Shown: in pieces, positions 35,451-46,770 of the stretch | Position numbering within the stretch: the first letter of the stretch is position 1 | How the letters are laid out: every line of letters starts with the position of its first letter | Assembly: GCA_032718475.1 (NCBI GenBank) | Contig: JAUCBJ010007341.1 | Coordinates: 1-48,441, forward strand | Length of the DNA: 48,441 nt | Direction: 5' to 3' | DNA from: Nemertoderma westbladi | Taxonomy: Eukaryota; Animalia; Xenacoelomorpha | Position numbers and translations under genes: made by a program | Notes under the pieces: model-generated | The model's database searches: none | What the model was told of the DNA's origin: nothing | What the model saw: only the letters and a program-made list of their open reading frames with translations

Positions 35451-35974
35451 CTGAATAATAACAACCTCGATTAATAGTTACTTTATTTATACGGATAAAA
35501 AAGTTACTTAATTGAAGTAAGTCAAATGGGCAAAATTACAATCGTCAGGTCGTGTAATAAAGTATATTGAAATAAAGTAGTACTTTATGTCCCGCTGACC
35601 CTGGTATATTTTGCAGAACCAGTACAGGGCTCGGTTACAGGCTGCAATACTGTAGGCCTATGTGATGAGGGCAGTATTATACAATTCATCCTGTATTAAC
35701 TATATTGAAGGTTAGAAGGCCTATAGTATGTAAATGTATGTATTTATTGACTTAGTAGGCCTCATTATACACCATCACCTGGAAAATTGTGTCAAAATCT
35801 GCCCCCCCCCCCCCCCCCCCCAACTATTTCTACAAATCTTAATGAGATTGCATGAAATTTGAAACAGAGATAGTTTCACCTTCCTTTCACTCACCACTTT
35901 TTCCTTAGTGGGTGAGCCAGAATTTTTATTTATTTCTATTTTCGCTTTCATTCTTTAGCTACAAGCGTATCAAA

Positions 35975-38900
35975 AATGCGCAAATTGGCCCAGAAGACAT
36001 CAAGGGTTACACCTATAACACCAGTTCTAACAGAAATGGGTACTTACTTTTAGACCTAATGGAAGAATGTGTATTGATACCAACAAACAACACATTCGAA
36101 AAGAGTAAGGGGAAGCTATGGACCTTTCAATACCCTAATGGAACCAAAGCACAACTGGATTACATCCTTATAAACAAAAAGTGGAGAAACAGCATGATCA
36201 ACTGCGAGGTATACAGCTCGTTCAACCTAATTGGTTCGGACCACAGAATTGTGACTGCAGAGATAAGACTCAGTTTGAGAGCCAGCAAACCCAGGACAAG
36301 CAAGCAAATCAACTATGACTGGGAGAAACTCAGAACTGACAATGCTGTAAAGTAAAGGATGCTTACACAGTAGAAGGTCAAAACCGCTTTGAAGCACTTC
36401 AGTCAATGGATGAAGACCAATCCACCGATTCAATATACCAGAATATAATAACAGCCCACAAGGAATCAGCTAAGAGGCATATCCCCCAGAAACCCAAACG
36501 AAAACAGTATGTGCCATGGCAAAACTCTGAGGTTACTTGTAAGAGAGAAGATCTTAAGATAGCCTACAAAGTTAAAACCGAACAACCAACAACTGAAAAC
36601 ATTAACAAGGTTGAGAAAGCTAAGGACGATCTTAAATTGGCCTACAACATCAGCCAGGAAAAGTACATACAGGATAAAACTGAAGCAATTACAACTGCTC
36701 ACATACAGCAACAATCAAGACTTACCTGGCAAACTGTAAATGAGGTATCTGGTCGGAAAAGTTGTGCAAAGGGGCGCCTCAAAGCCGATAGTCCTGAAGA
36801 ACGTGTTGGGAAGTGGAAAAATCACTTCAGCAACTTGCTTGGGCAACCAAACATCGAGGTCAGCCCTACAAGGAAAATATATGACAAGACACTACCTATA
36901 GAAACAGGGGACTTCACACCTGCCGAACTCCAAAGAAGCATTAAAAGCATGTCTAATAATAAAGCGAGTGGATTAGATGAAATCCCAGCGGAGGTATGGA
37001 AAACCGGAGTGCTAAACAGACCATTATTGAATGTTTGCAACCGGATGTTAAAAGGGGAAAAGCCACCACCAATTTGGACTAAAGGTCAACTAAAGCCTCT
37101 CCCCAAGAAAGGAGACCTCGGCATACCAACAAACTATCGTGGGATCTGTCTGCTTGTGGTAGCTGCCAAAATATACAATAAAATGATTCTATATATGATT
37201 AGGCCTCACATAGAGAAACTACTGCGTAAGAGCCAAAACGGATTTCGACCAAGTAGATCAACAATAGCTCAGATACTTGCACTACGGAGACTGATTGAAG
37301 GAATTAAGTCAAAGAATCTCCCCGCAGTCATGACTTTTGTGGACTTCAAGAAGGCATTCGACTCCATCCATAGAGGTAAAATGCTTGAAATCCTAAGAGC
37401 TTATGGAATACCAGAAGTAATTGTTGCTGGCATTGGATTGCTATATTGTGACACAGAAGCGCAGGTACTCTCACCAGATGGTGAAACTGAGTTTTTCTCA
37501 ATCCTGGCTGGCGTACTGCAAGGTGACACATTAGCACCATTACTATTTGTAATTGTACTGGATTACGCAATGAGGACGGCCACAAAGGGTGAAGATCTGG
37601 GATTCACACTTCAAGAACGCAGAAGTAGTAGATATCCGGCAACTACAGTCACAGACACCGACTTTGCGGATGACATCGCCCTGCTCTCTAATACGCTAGC
37701 AGATGCACAGCTTCTACTAAATAAAGTGGAGAGGGCTGCTAAGGAGGTTGGATTGCATATAAATGCTACCAAGACCGAATTCATGACCTTTAATGTTGAT
37801 GGAAACTTGACAACCATTGATAATAATCAACTAAGGAAGGTCGATGACTTCCAGTACCTTGGATCATGGATAGAGAGTAGCAAAAAGGAAATAGAAGTTA
37901 GGAAAGCAACTACTACTAGGATCGGCATGCTGCATTGCAGCTGCATTTTTAAGAATGCTGTGCCGGCTTGTCAACAAAATTGCACCGCCACAACTCCCTA
38001 TCACCCATGACATTTGCTAGATCATCCGCATCTTTAAGGCCAGTGTCCTTTAAGATGCGTCTCAAGAAAGTCATGGGCTGTCCACCATGCTTATTCACTC
38101 CATGAGGCTGCCAAGGTACAAGATTATGCACTGGCTGGTCCTCACGGCGAAAGCAATGTCCTGCAAAGCAGAGGCGATTTTGTTCTAGTGTCAAGCTTGG
38201 GGGAACCAATGAGACACCTCCAATGTTATATAGTGTCTGGTTGGAGATGTGTGCATTGTACTTGACACAATGAACCCGGCGTAGCATTCTTGTGAATGTG
38301 CCATCCAGAGATTTGGTGTCCTCAGCAGTTAGAGCCCAGCATGGACTCCCATAGAGGAGTACTGGAACTACTGCTGCTCTAAATAATCGGACCTTAAGTT
38401 TCCGATTAATTCTCGGTGACTTCCAAATCCTGGAAAGCCTATTCAAGGCTGCCCGTGCCTTTCCCTTACGTATTCGAAGGTCCTCACCTGACTTCCGGAT
38501 CCATGATCCCAGGTAACAGAAGTCGTCCACATGCTCAAGCATACCATCCTTTGAGCTTATGCTCATCCGATCAGAGACTTGCTGAGGACTTTCAAAGTTA
38601 ACTGTCAGAATTTTGGTCTTTCTGGAGTTAATAAAAAGACCAACACTAGAAGCAGCATGTTCTAATGAGCTGAGGAGCCGTTGGGCTCCCTCTAATGATT
38701 CTGAGAGTACTCCTAAGTCATCAGCAAAGTCTAGATCAGTTAGGTACTTGGCAGGATTTCCTCGATTTCTGGAGCCAGTAGGTGGAGTTATCATCACCCC
38801 ATCATCATTATAATGATCTAAGGACATGCGTAGAACATAGTCAACCACAATAATGAACAAGAATGGTGCAAGTGTGTCTCCTTGGAGGACGCCCCATAAT

Positions 38901-40143
38901 ACTTCAAATGGTTCTGTGTCACCGTCAACATTAGACACAAATGTTGTCGAACCATCATATACTGATCTGATTGCTGCAATAATTTCATCAGGAATCCCAT
39001 ATAATGAACGTATGCTGAACATACGTGAGCGAGAGACTGAATCAAAGGCCTTGAAGAAGTCAACAAAGATAACAGCCAGATGCCTGTCTTTCTTTTTTGA
39101 TAACTCTTCAATTATCCTTCTAAGTGCCAAAACGGGCTCCATGGTCCCACGACCTTTACGGAACCCATTCTGATTTCCACGGAGCAGTCTCTCAATGGGA
39201 TCCCTGATGCGATTTAATAGAATCCTATTGTATAGCTTTGCAGCAATCGAGATCAATGAGATTCCCCGAAAAGAACCATAGAGTGTTAGGTTGCCCTTCT
39301 TGGGAACTGGCACCAACTTATTTGTTTTCATTTCTTGTGGGACTCTTGTTGTTCGGTACATGTCTACTATGATGGGATAGATGAGCTTTAAACACTCAGG
39401 TATTTTAAAGACCTCAGGGGGAACACCATCTACTCCACTGGCACGATTGGTCTTAATGCTCTTTGCAGCAGCCTTCACTTCTGCAAAGGAGATATCGCCA
39501 ATGGGAATATCTGGGAGTACAGACTCAGAAACTTTTACTTCTATAAAGTTATCAGGCAATACCCTGTCATTATTGAGGAGCTTTTCAAAGTGGGCTTTCC
39601 AACCATTGAGGCGATCGGCTGGTGGAAAGCAAAGGGTTGGGTAGCTCTATCAAAAATGGATACCATCTGGAAATCAGATCTCTCCAGGCACCTGAAGACT
39701 AAGTTCTTTCGAGCCACAGTGGAAAGTGTATTTTTATACGGGGGTGAGACCTGGACACTGACCAAATCACTTGAACAACGAATTGATGGTTGCTACACAA
39801 GACTACTAAGGCCAGCCCTAAACATCAGCTGGAGACAACACATGACAAACGCCGAGCTTTATGGTACAATACCACATGTATCAACCACCCTCCGTGAACG
39901 CAGATTAAGATGCAGTGGGCACTGCTGGCGAAGTAAAGACGAGGTCATACCAGATCTACTTCTCTGGCAACCAACTCATGGAAAGCGTAGTCGTGGACGA
40001 CCGGCCATAACATATATAGATCAACTTGAAAGGGATACTGAACTTGGGAGAAACGAAATTGCGACAACTATGGAGAATCGGGAAGCCTGGAAGGATCTCA
40101 TTTCCACTGTCCGAGTTCGCTCGACCTAGTAGTAGTAGTAGTA
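35975..40143 (+). mobile_element. 5'-truncated RTE-like LINE (family A), interrupted by a second LINE
   Basis: APE end (QLDYIL, SDH), RT (QNGFR, DFKKAFDS, GVLQGD, FADD, YLGS), C-terminal part resumes at 39633; (TAG)n tail; 5-bp duplication frameshift near 36350. Confidence 0.92.
37910..39623 (-). mobile_element. 5'-truncated RTE-like LINE (family B) nested antisense in LINE A
   Basis: Open RT ORF 37949-39559; (TAG)n tail at 37910; 9-bp TSD GGAAAGCAA (37901-37909 / 39624-39632); removing it restores VRKAKGW in LINE A. Confidence 0.95.
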
Positions 40144-40450
40144 TAAAAAAGGTGTCTCCGACGATAGTGAACCAGCTACACCGCAGTTATTCGTCAAACT
40201 TATAGCGTTCAAAAGTTGCATGGTTTTGGACCTGGTGGGGGCTATTTTATTTATTCTATTTAATAAATACAACATATTCTGGAACATATTGTTTATCCCA
40301 TAGATTTTGTCCTGAGAATTTCGACCAAACCAATATTTATCTCCACTAACGGGTATTATTAGTAGTCTTTCACGTAGTATAATTACAATCATAGTCTACC
40401 CGTTACGGAAGCTCAAGCCTATTTATTAGAGTTGAGGTACAGTATACAAT

Positions 40451-40675
40451 CCAAATCGGGGTAGCTCAGTTGGTTGAGCGCCGGGCCTGCAATCTATGGT
40501 TGTAGGTTGAGCCCCGCCAGGGTCCACTCAGCCTTTCATCCACTGGGGTCTATTAAATGAGTACCAGTTAAATTACTGGGAGCGAATCTTGGGATAGCGC
40601 CCACTCCTACCCTCGGGTAGCAGCTATCGAAAGAGGAGCCTTCGGGTCGCCTCCGGCTTCTGCCGACTGTTTGCT
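40451..40675 (+). mobile_element. tRNA-derived SINE with Deu/Nin-type central domain
   Basis: A-box TAGCTCAGTTGG, degenerate B-box, then CCACTCAGCCTTTCATCC..AAATGAGTACCAG; 13-bp TSD TACAGTATACAAT (40438-40450 / 40676-40688). Confidence 0.82.
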
Positions 40676-40697
40676 TACAGTATACAATTGGACTTAC

Positions 40698-40889
40698 CAG
40701 ACTGTTGCTTAACACATATAAATGATGAGTCAGTTGCCCTGGGTCTCCGGCTGACTTCCTAAACATCGCGTCCTTCCGGTAAAGTTTAACTTGCTCACAC
40801 AGCTCCAGACTAGGTAACACGATTTTACTGTTAGCATTGCGACGGTCGGCCTCGAGAAGATTGCGATAAGCTAAGAGTTCTCCAAACAC
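40698..40889 (-). CDS. CCDC148: CCDC148-like exon (64 codons)
   Basis: ctacag|gtg..ctg|gtaagt; VFGELLAYRNLLEADRR..; phase 0-0. Confidence 0.75.
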
Positions 40890-41008
40890 CTGTAGAAACA
40901 AGCGACTTGCGGTAAAATCACGCGAAAAAATTAATATATACAAAAAAAAGCAAAAACAGTCGGGTGACTACAAAACAAAGACCCAAAGACTCAAGACCTT
41001 TACAAAAC

Positions 41009-41316
41009 ACATGTCTTAACTTTCGTTTATTGTTTTGGTTCCCCCAACACGCCTCTGTAACATGCTCCTTTACTAACCTGCTCCTTTAAATGACAATGGG
41101 ACCTAACGCTCTATGGGACCTAACGCACTTTGGGATCTAAGGCGACCCTACCTCTTTGTTTTGTACAGGTCACATCACAAAGAGCGTTAGGTCCCATTGC
41201 CATTTAAAGGAGCAGGTTAGTAAAGGAGCAGGTTAGTAAAGGAGCAGGTTAGTAAAGGAGCAGGTTACAAAGGCGTGTTGGGGGAACCAAAACAATAAAT
41301 GAAAGTTAAGACATGT
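41009..41316. mobile_element. Fold-back MITE-like inverted repeat with 17-bp subrepeats
   Basis: ACATGTCTTAACTTTC.. / ..GAAAGTTAAGACATGT, arms of about 100 bp; TAAAGGAGCAGGTTAG repeats. Confidence 0.8.
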
Positions 41317-42728
41317 TACAAGATTATGCAGGTCTTTATAATTGGGTCTTTGTATTTTTACTATATTGTTATTGTTATTTGGTACAAAAATTATCTACCA
41401 TCTATTTAGCCGATAGGTGAAAAGTACCTCCCAACTAGTTGGTAGCTATTTTTTTGTTATTGGTCGGAATTGGAATTGGAATTTTTTATTAGACGTCAAA
41501 TCAGCTAAAATTTACGCAATTAAACCGATAACATAATAAAATAGTTAACAGAACAACAAAAGTACGAACAAGCCAATGCAAAGACCTTCAATCAGATATA
41601 TTAATGGTTCAATAGGCATCTGTACTGTACTGTATGTTTATAAATAAATATTTTAATATGTTACTGAACTGAAAATACGATGGGCATAGAATATACGTAG
41701 TTGCGCGGGGTCTCTAAAACATTGAGTAATAATGATTTGTCGTCGAGGATAGCCCCATGAGACTGCGTCTCGTTTCCTTGGGGGTCCTCGCTATGCGATG
41801 AAAATCTTATTGTTGTAATAAGTCTACTGTATGAGTAAAATAAAAATATAATTAATATAAGTACGTAGTTAGTAAGTCTGTTTTTGTCTGATAATTAAAT
41901 TTTTCAAAAATATATTAGTAAGAAAAAGCGGATATTTCAGATAAAAATAAATAATAAATACAGTAGATCTCATATTGGGGAGATGATAAATTAAAGAGGA
42001 TAACAATTCACACAAATACAGTACAAAATATAATACAGTACACCATGACCCGTAATATAGTGGCATGCTGATGACACGGACGCCCCCCCCCCCCCCCCCC
42101 AAATTTTTCTACAAATCTTTATCATATTGCTTGAAATTTGAAACACAACTAGTTCAACTCACCCTCGATGACCCCATGAAGCCTGAATTTTCGATGTCGC
42201 CTTTAAATTTTATTTATAAACGTTTTAAAAAACGTGTCTTTTGCGAAATCGCACCCTCTGTATCATTGCCATTCTTCACTTTAGTCGTAATTTTTTCACA
42301 TCAATAGAAAGCTTGCGTTGAAAGGATTCCAAATATGTAACAATGTCTGAATTTATTTCATTGAGAAACAACTGAGATACAGGCGTTCAAGGATTGCAAG
42401 AACGATTATTCGCTGCAGGCCATTTATTCTATTTAATAAATACACAAAATTCTAGAACGTGTTATTTAGTTTATGAGTTGGTTGGCAACAGCGGTATTCC
42501 TATCCAATATATCAATTGCGTAGCTAATCATATATAAACAAATTGTTCCAGAATTTTGTGTATTTATTAAATAGAATAAATGGCCTGCAGTGAACAATAA
42601 TTCTTGCAATCTTTGAACGCCTATTTCTCAGCTGTTTCTCAATGAAATTCAGATATTGTTACATATTTGGAATCCTTTAAACGCAAGCTTTCTATTGATG
42701 TGAAAAAATTACGACTAAAGTGAAGAAT

Positions 42729-43239
42729 AAAATAGGACATGGGGTCTTATTCCCTCAGATACTACCTAGCATTTAGGGCCACTTGGGCCACTGTTAGTAC
42801 TCAGGCACTAAGGCCCATCAAAAAACAAACTACCAAATCGATTTTAGTGCTACATAACCCAACAACCCAACTACCACAAGAAAAATTACACCAAACCATA
42901 CAGTAACTACAGGTTCCGGTAAGTATTGCACGAAATAGACTATCCCATAAATTACGAAAAATATAGGACATTTTGTCCGCGAAAAGGTAAGTCTAAAGTA
43001 ATAAATTTTATAAAAATAAAAGGGTTTCGGAGATTTAAACACTGAACCCTGGGATTCGTGGTTCTCCTCATCAGCAGTGTGCCACGAACCCCACCCCTAC
43101 CCTAACAAAACTGCACCACTAAATTAAGACAATGACCAATAAAATAGAAATCCTACCGTACCACCAAACTGTCCTATTTTATTGTTTTCATACTGTATTA
43201 ATATCACAATCCCTCTAAAGTTGTGGTTGTCTAACATCA
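42729..43239 (-). mobile_element. 511-bp non-coding, ribozyme-carrying insertion (retrozyme or non-autonomous Penelope-like retroelement candidate)
   Basis: 13-bp TSD TAAAGTGAAGAAT (42716-42728 / 43240-43252) interrupting one arm of a fold-back MITE; contains the hammerhead. Confidence 0.75.
43021..43092 (-). ncRNA. Hammerhead ribozyme with non-circularly permuted (rearranged, pseudoknotted) strand order
   Basis: Minus strand: GGGGUUCGUGG C ACACUG CUGAUGA GGAGA A CCACGAAUCCC AGGGU U CAGUGU UUAAA UCUCC GAAA CCCU; all core nucleotides, stems I (6 bp), II (5 bp), III (5 bp) and an extra 11-bp helix. Confidence 0.85.
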
Positions 43240-43928
43240 TAAAGTGAAGAATGGCAATGATACAGAGGGTTGCGATTTCGCAAAAGACACTTTTTTTAAA
43301 ACGCTTATAAATAAAATTAAAGGCGAAATCGAAAATCCCGGCTTCATGGTAACAACCACGGTGCGTGGAACTAGTTGTGTTTCAAATTTCATGCAATATG
43401 ATCAAGATTCGTAGAAAAATCTGGGCGGGGGGGGGGGGGGGGGGGGGTCCGTGTCATCAGAAAATGACACTATATTACGGGTCATTGTGTACATACATAC
43501 AATAATAATACATACATAATATAATACATACAATACAAAAATAATAATTATTTACACTAGTATCAAACTGTAGGAACCATTAAGCATTTAGAGGGAAATA
43601 AAAATATTGAAATGGCAGTGGATTGTGGATTATTTAAAAAATAAAAATATTTACCGAATAATGTCATATTGTAAAAAACCAATAAAAAATTTAAATTAAA
43701 AAAAAAATACTTAAAAAAAAATATTAGTTTAAAAATTATAAGTTAAAAATATTGAAATGCAGTTTAAATTCCAAGCAATTTAGCTACTAAGTTATATATT
43801 GATATATCGGATGACATGATTTTTTCGAGAAGATACGATTTATTTTATGTTTGAAGGACTCAATATATTCAAAATGGGGCAGTTGGTCAGTTGATATTAG
43901 CCAATAAAAAAACACATAATTTCCTGAC

Positions 43929-44103
43929 CTCTGACTTGTCTTTCCGTGACGTCAGATATTCCGAGGAAAAAGAATCGGTTTTTCCAATTAAGTACTTGAG
44001 ATGTAAGGCGTAACATTGCCATGCCAACAAATGCTGTCTGCTTAGGTTCTGCTGCTTCCCCCACTTGGCTGCCTTAGATATCTGCTGACCCCGATGTAAA
44101 CTC
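43929..44103 (-). CDS. CCDC148: CCDC148-like exon near the N-terminus; upstream exon(s) not identified
   Basis: ttacag|g..gag|gtcagg; KQQNLSRQHLLAWQ resembles the CCDC148 KEQTLIKQHKQVWW segment. Confidence 0.7.
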
Positions 44104-44437
44104 CTGTAATTTGAATAATAATATAAAATATTGTGTAAATATTACATGTGTTATGTAAATTTTAATAGCTAATCAGATACCGGTAGGTATAATAATTTAA
44201 AAAACGAATAGGCCTAACACATTTAATTTCGTTCATTTAATTACAGAATTGGGGGTAGAGCAGGTAGAGGGTGTGTACATACAGTATATACAGATATGGC
44301 CTACTACAAGGGTAGCCCGTTTATTATTATTAGGGTGGTCGCTCTTCGGTGGGTTTTGCACTGGAAATGTCAGAAAGTAATAACGATATTACGTATTTTA
44401 TTCTACATAGACATGTACTGGCTATACATCCCCATGA

Positions 44438-45040
44438 TGGGATCATGGATCCGGAAGTCAGGTGAGGACATTCGAATACGTAAGGGAAAGGCATGGGCAG
44501 CCTTGAATAGGCTTTCCAGGATTTGGAAGTCACCGAGAATTAATCGGAAACTTAAGGTGCAATTATTTAGAGCAGCAGTAGTTCCAGTACTCCTCTATGG
44601 GAGTCCATGCTGGGCTCTAACTGCTGAGGACACCAAATCTCTGGATGGTACATTCACAAGAATGCTACGCCGGGTTCATTGTGTCAAGTACAATGCACAC
44701 ATCTCCAACCAGACACTATATAACATTGGAGGTGTCTCATTGGTTCCCCCAAGCTTGACACTAGAACAAAATCGCCTCCGCTTTGCAGGACATTGCTTTC
44801 GCCGTGAGGACCAGCCAGTGCATAATCTTGTACTTTGGCAGCTTCATGGAGTGAATAAGCATGGTGGACAGCCCATGACTTTCTTGAGACGCATCTTAAA
44901 GGACACTGGCCTTGAAGATGCGGATGATCTAGCAAATGTCATGGGTGATAGGGAGTTGTGGCGGTGCAATTTTGTCGATAAGCCGGCACAGCATTCTTAA
45001 AAATGCAGCTGCAATGCAGCATGCCGATCCTAGTAGTAGT
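44438..45040 (+). mobile_element. 3' fragment of RTE-like LINE family B
   Basis: Near-identical to the reverse complement of 37910-38511; (TAG)n tail. Confidence 0.93.
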
Positions 45041-45160
45041 AACCGGGTAGTGTACAACTTTAGGAATCGCGTAATTTACATTGAAATTAATATCTCATAT
45101 CTCTCCAAACCACCTAAGCGTTTCGACCTTACCGGGTCTCTTTAGCGTGGTCACTGGAGA

Positions 45161-45250
45161 AGGGAGTTGTGGCGGTGCAATTTTGTTGACAAGCCGGCAC
45201 AGCATTCTTAAAAATGCAGCTGCAATGCAGCATGCCGATCCTAGTAGTAG
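45161..45250 (+). mobile_element. Second, 90-bp 3' fragment of LINE family B
   Basis: Repeats 44950-45039 including the tail. Confidence 0.9.
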
Positions 45251-46300
45251 CCAGTCGTCCAGAACAAGAACATGACAGAACGGATGATGCGGTTAGAGAT
45301 TTGGTCGATTTTGTCCAATGCTGCATGTGCAGTTGGATTCATCAATAGACCAATTCCACCATTGCCACTATCATCTGCTGATGCGAGGCCAACCGCCCCC
45401 CCCCCCCCCCCCCTCCCCTTAATCAGAACCTCATCAGTCTGTCCAGTCTGCATTCTGTGCTCTTGAATTCTCACTGCGCTAAGAGAAAGCTTATCTGCCA
45501 AGGCAGTCAGCTCACCTTGTCGCATTGGGGACCCGAGTGTTAACTGAGGCTAGTCTAGTGACTTGCCTCAGATTCACCAATGGCTTAGTTGGTCGGGGTG
45601 GAACATGAGAGTAGCCTCCAACTCCAGAATCCCTCTCCCCCTCACAATCTGGCCTCCCTAGTGACCCAGGGTTTGGGCCAGAAAGGTCATCAGGAAAGGG
45701 ATTCACATAATTGTTGGACGCTCTCTCTCCAGTACGGGGTGAGACAGGCAGCCGGTCAGGAGATAACTGACGCCGGTGAGGCCAATTGTGTCTAATTCCA
45801 CTGGCCTCAAGTGGGCGGACCTCCGCATTACTAATGTAATCCATAGTAGGGGTTGGGGGGTGCTTTTTCGCCGATTCAGCTCTCGGGCTCGGGGCATATA
45901 CCACACCCTGGTTTGCCATTCCACAGGGTGGGTGTCGCAGTGGAGTCAGATATGAGGCCCATCACCCATACCTACTCTGACGCACATGACCCACCATTGG
46001 CTGTGCAGCTCATCTGCTGGGCCATGCCCTGTACCCCTGCTACCAGGTGCAGGTCGCAGTGAAGTGCACTCAGAGTGGACATGAGAACACTCTACTTCTG
46101 ACCAGCCATTGGTAGATCACCATCTGCCTGGCCAGGCCATTTACCCCTGCAGCCAAGTATAGGGGTCCTTAATCCAGGACCAAGGGCGTCCTTATCCCAG
46201 AACGAAGGGGTTCCTAGTTACAGGACCAGATTTGCCCTAGTAAGAGGGTCTATGCAGCTACAGGTGGCACCTCCTTTATGCTGCATGGAGGTGGCAAGTT
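45251..46300 (-). mobile_element. 5' portion of an RTE-like LINE (GC-rich 5'UTR plus start of the APE endonuclease, degenerate)
   Basis: RLASVNTR..AVRIQEHR..GGIGLLM..ISNRII are APE N-terminal motifs; upstream boundary approximate. Confidence 0.7.
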
Positions 46301-46690
46301 TTCTTGATCAATGACCTAGAATACCTGACCTGATCCAACTACTGGCTATACGTTTACTTTCAAATTTAATATTTACGAGTATTATGGCAACGCAACCGCA
46401 ATTGTCACTGGCGATACGGAAAAACATTAATGTACAACCGCATGTGGCGCGCCCGCTATCCCCAGCATATTCGGTTGCGTCATTAACTGTTATACAGGAC
46501 CGTTGGTGCCTTAATAGGCAACCACGATCACGGTTGCATTCGCAGATCCTACACATTACGAAACTGTCAACAAAGACACTCCATGTGACCTACAGTATAT
46601 TATGCCAAAGGGTCTAAGACAGTAAGAAGGCAAAGAGGGACTTGTCTTACAGCCGAGTGGACTTCTGAATGTCAGCAGGTTGGTAAAGCT

Positions 46691-46770
46691 TAGATCAGTT
46701 AGGTACTTGGTAGTATTTCCTCGACTTCTGGGGCCAGTAGGTGGAGTTTACCACCACCCCATCATCATTA
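46691..46770 (-). mobile_element. Short diverged internal fragment of LINE family B
   Basis: Similar to 38732-38810. Confidence 0.75.

Larger units (their letters stand above)
42041..43489. mobile_element. Large fold-back MITE (TA flanks, CAC..GTG ends), host of the ribozyme insertion
   Basis: Left arm 42041-~42460 is inverted in 42545-42728 plus 43253-43489; poly-C/poly-G tracts mirror each other; related pieces flank LINE A (about 35770-35960 and 40150-40330). Confidence 0.85.

Noticed and set aside
40457-40520. tRNA gene
   Set aside because: Degenerate cloverleaf followed by a SINE body and TSD
42830-43042. 70-aa hydrophobic ORF in the ribozyme insertion
   Set aside because: No ATG start; product of T-rich composition
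46651-46688. Possible upstream CCDC148 exon (LYQPADIQKSTRL, donor GTAAGA in matching phase)
   Set aside because: Weak acceptor and contiguous with a LINE fragment; cannot be supported without cDNA
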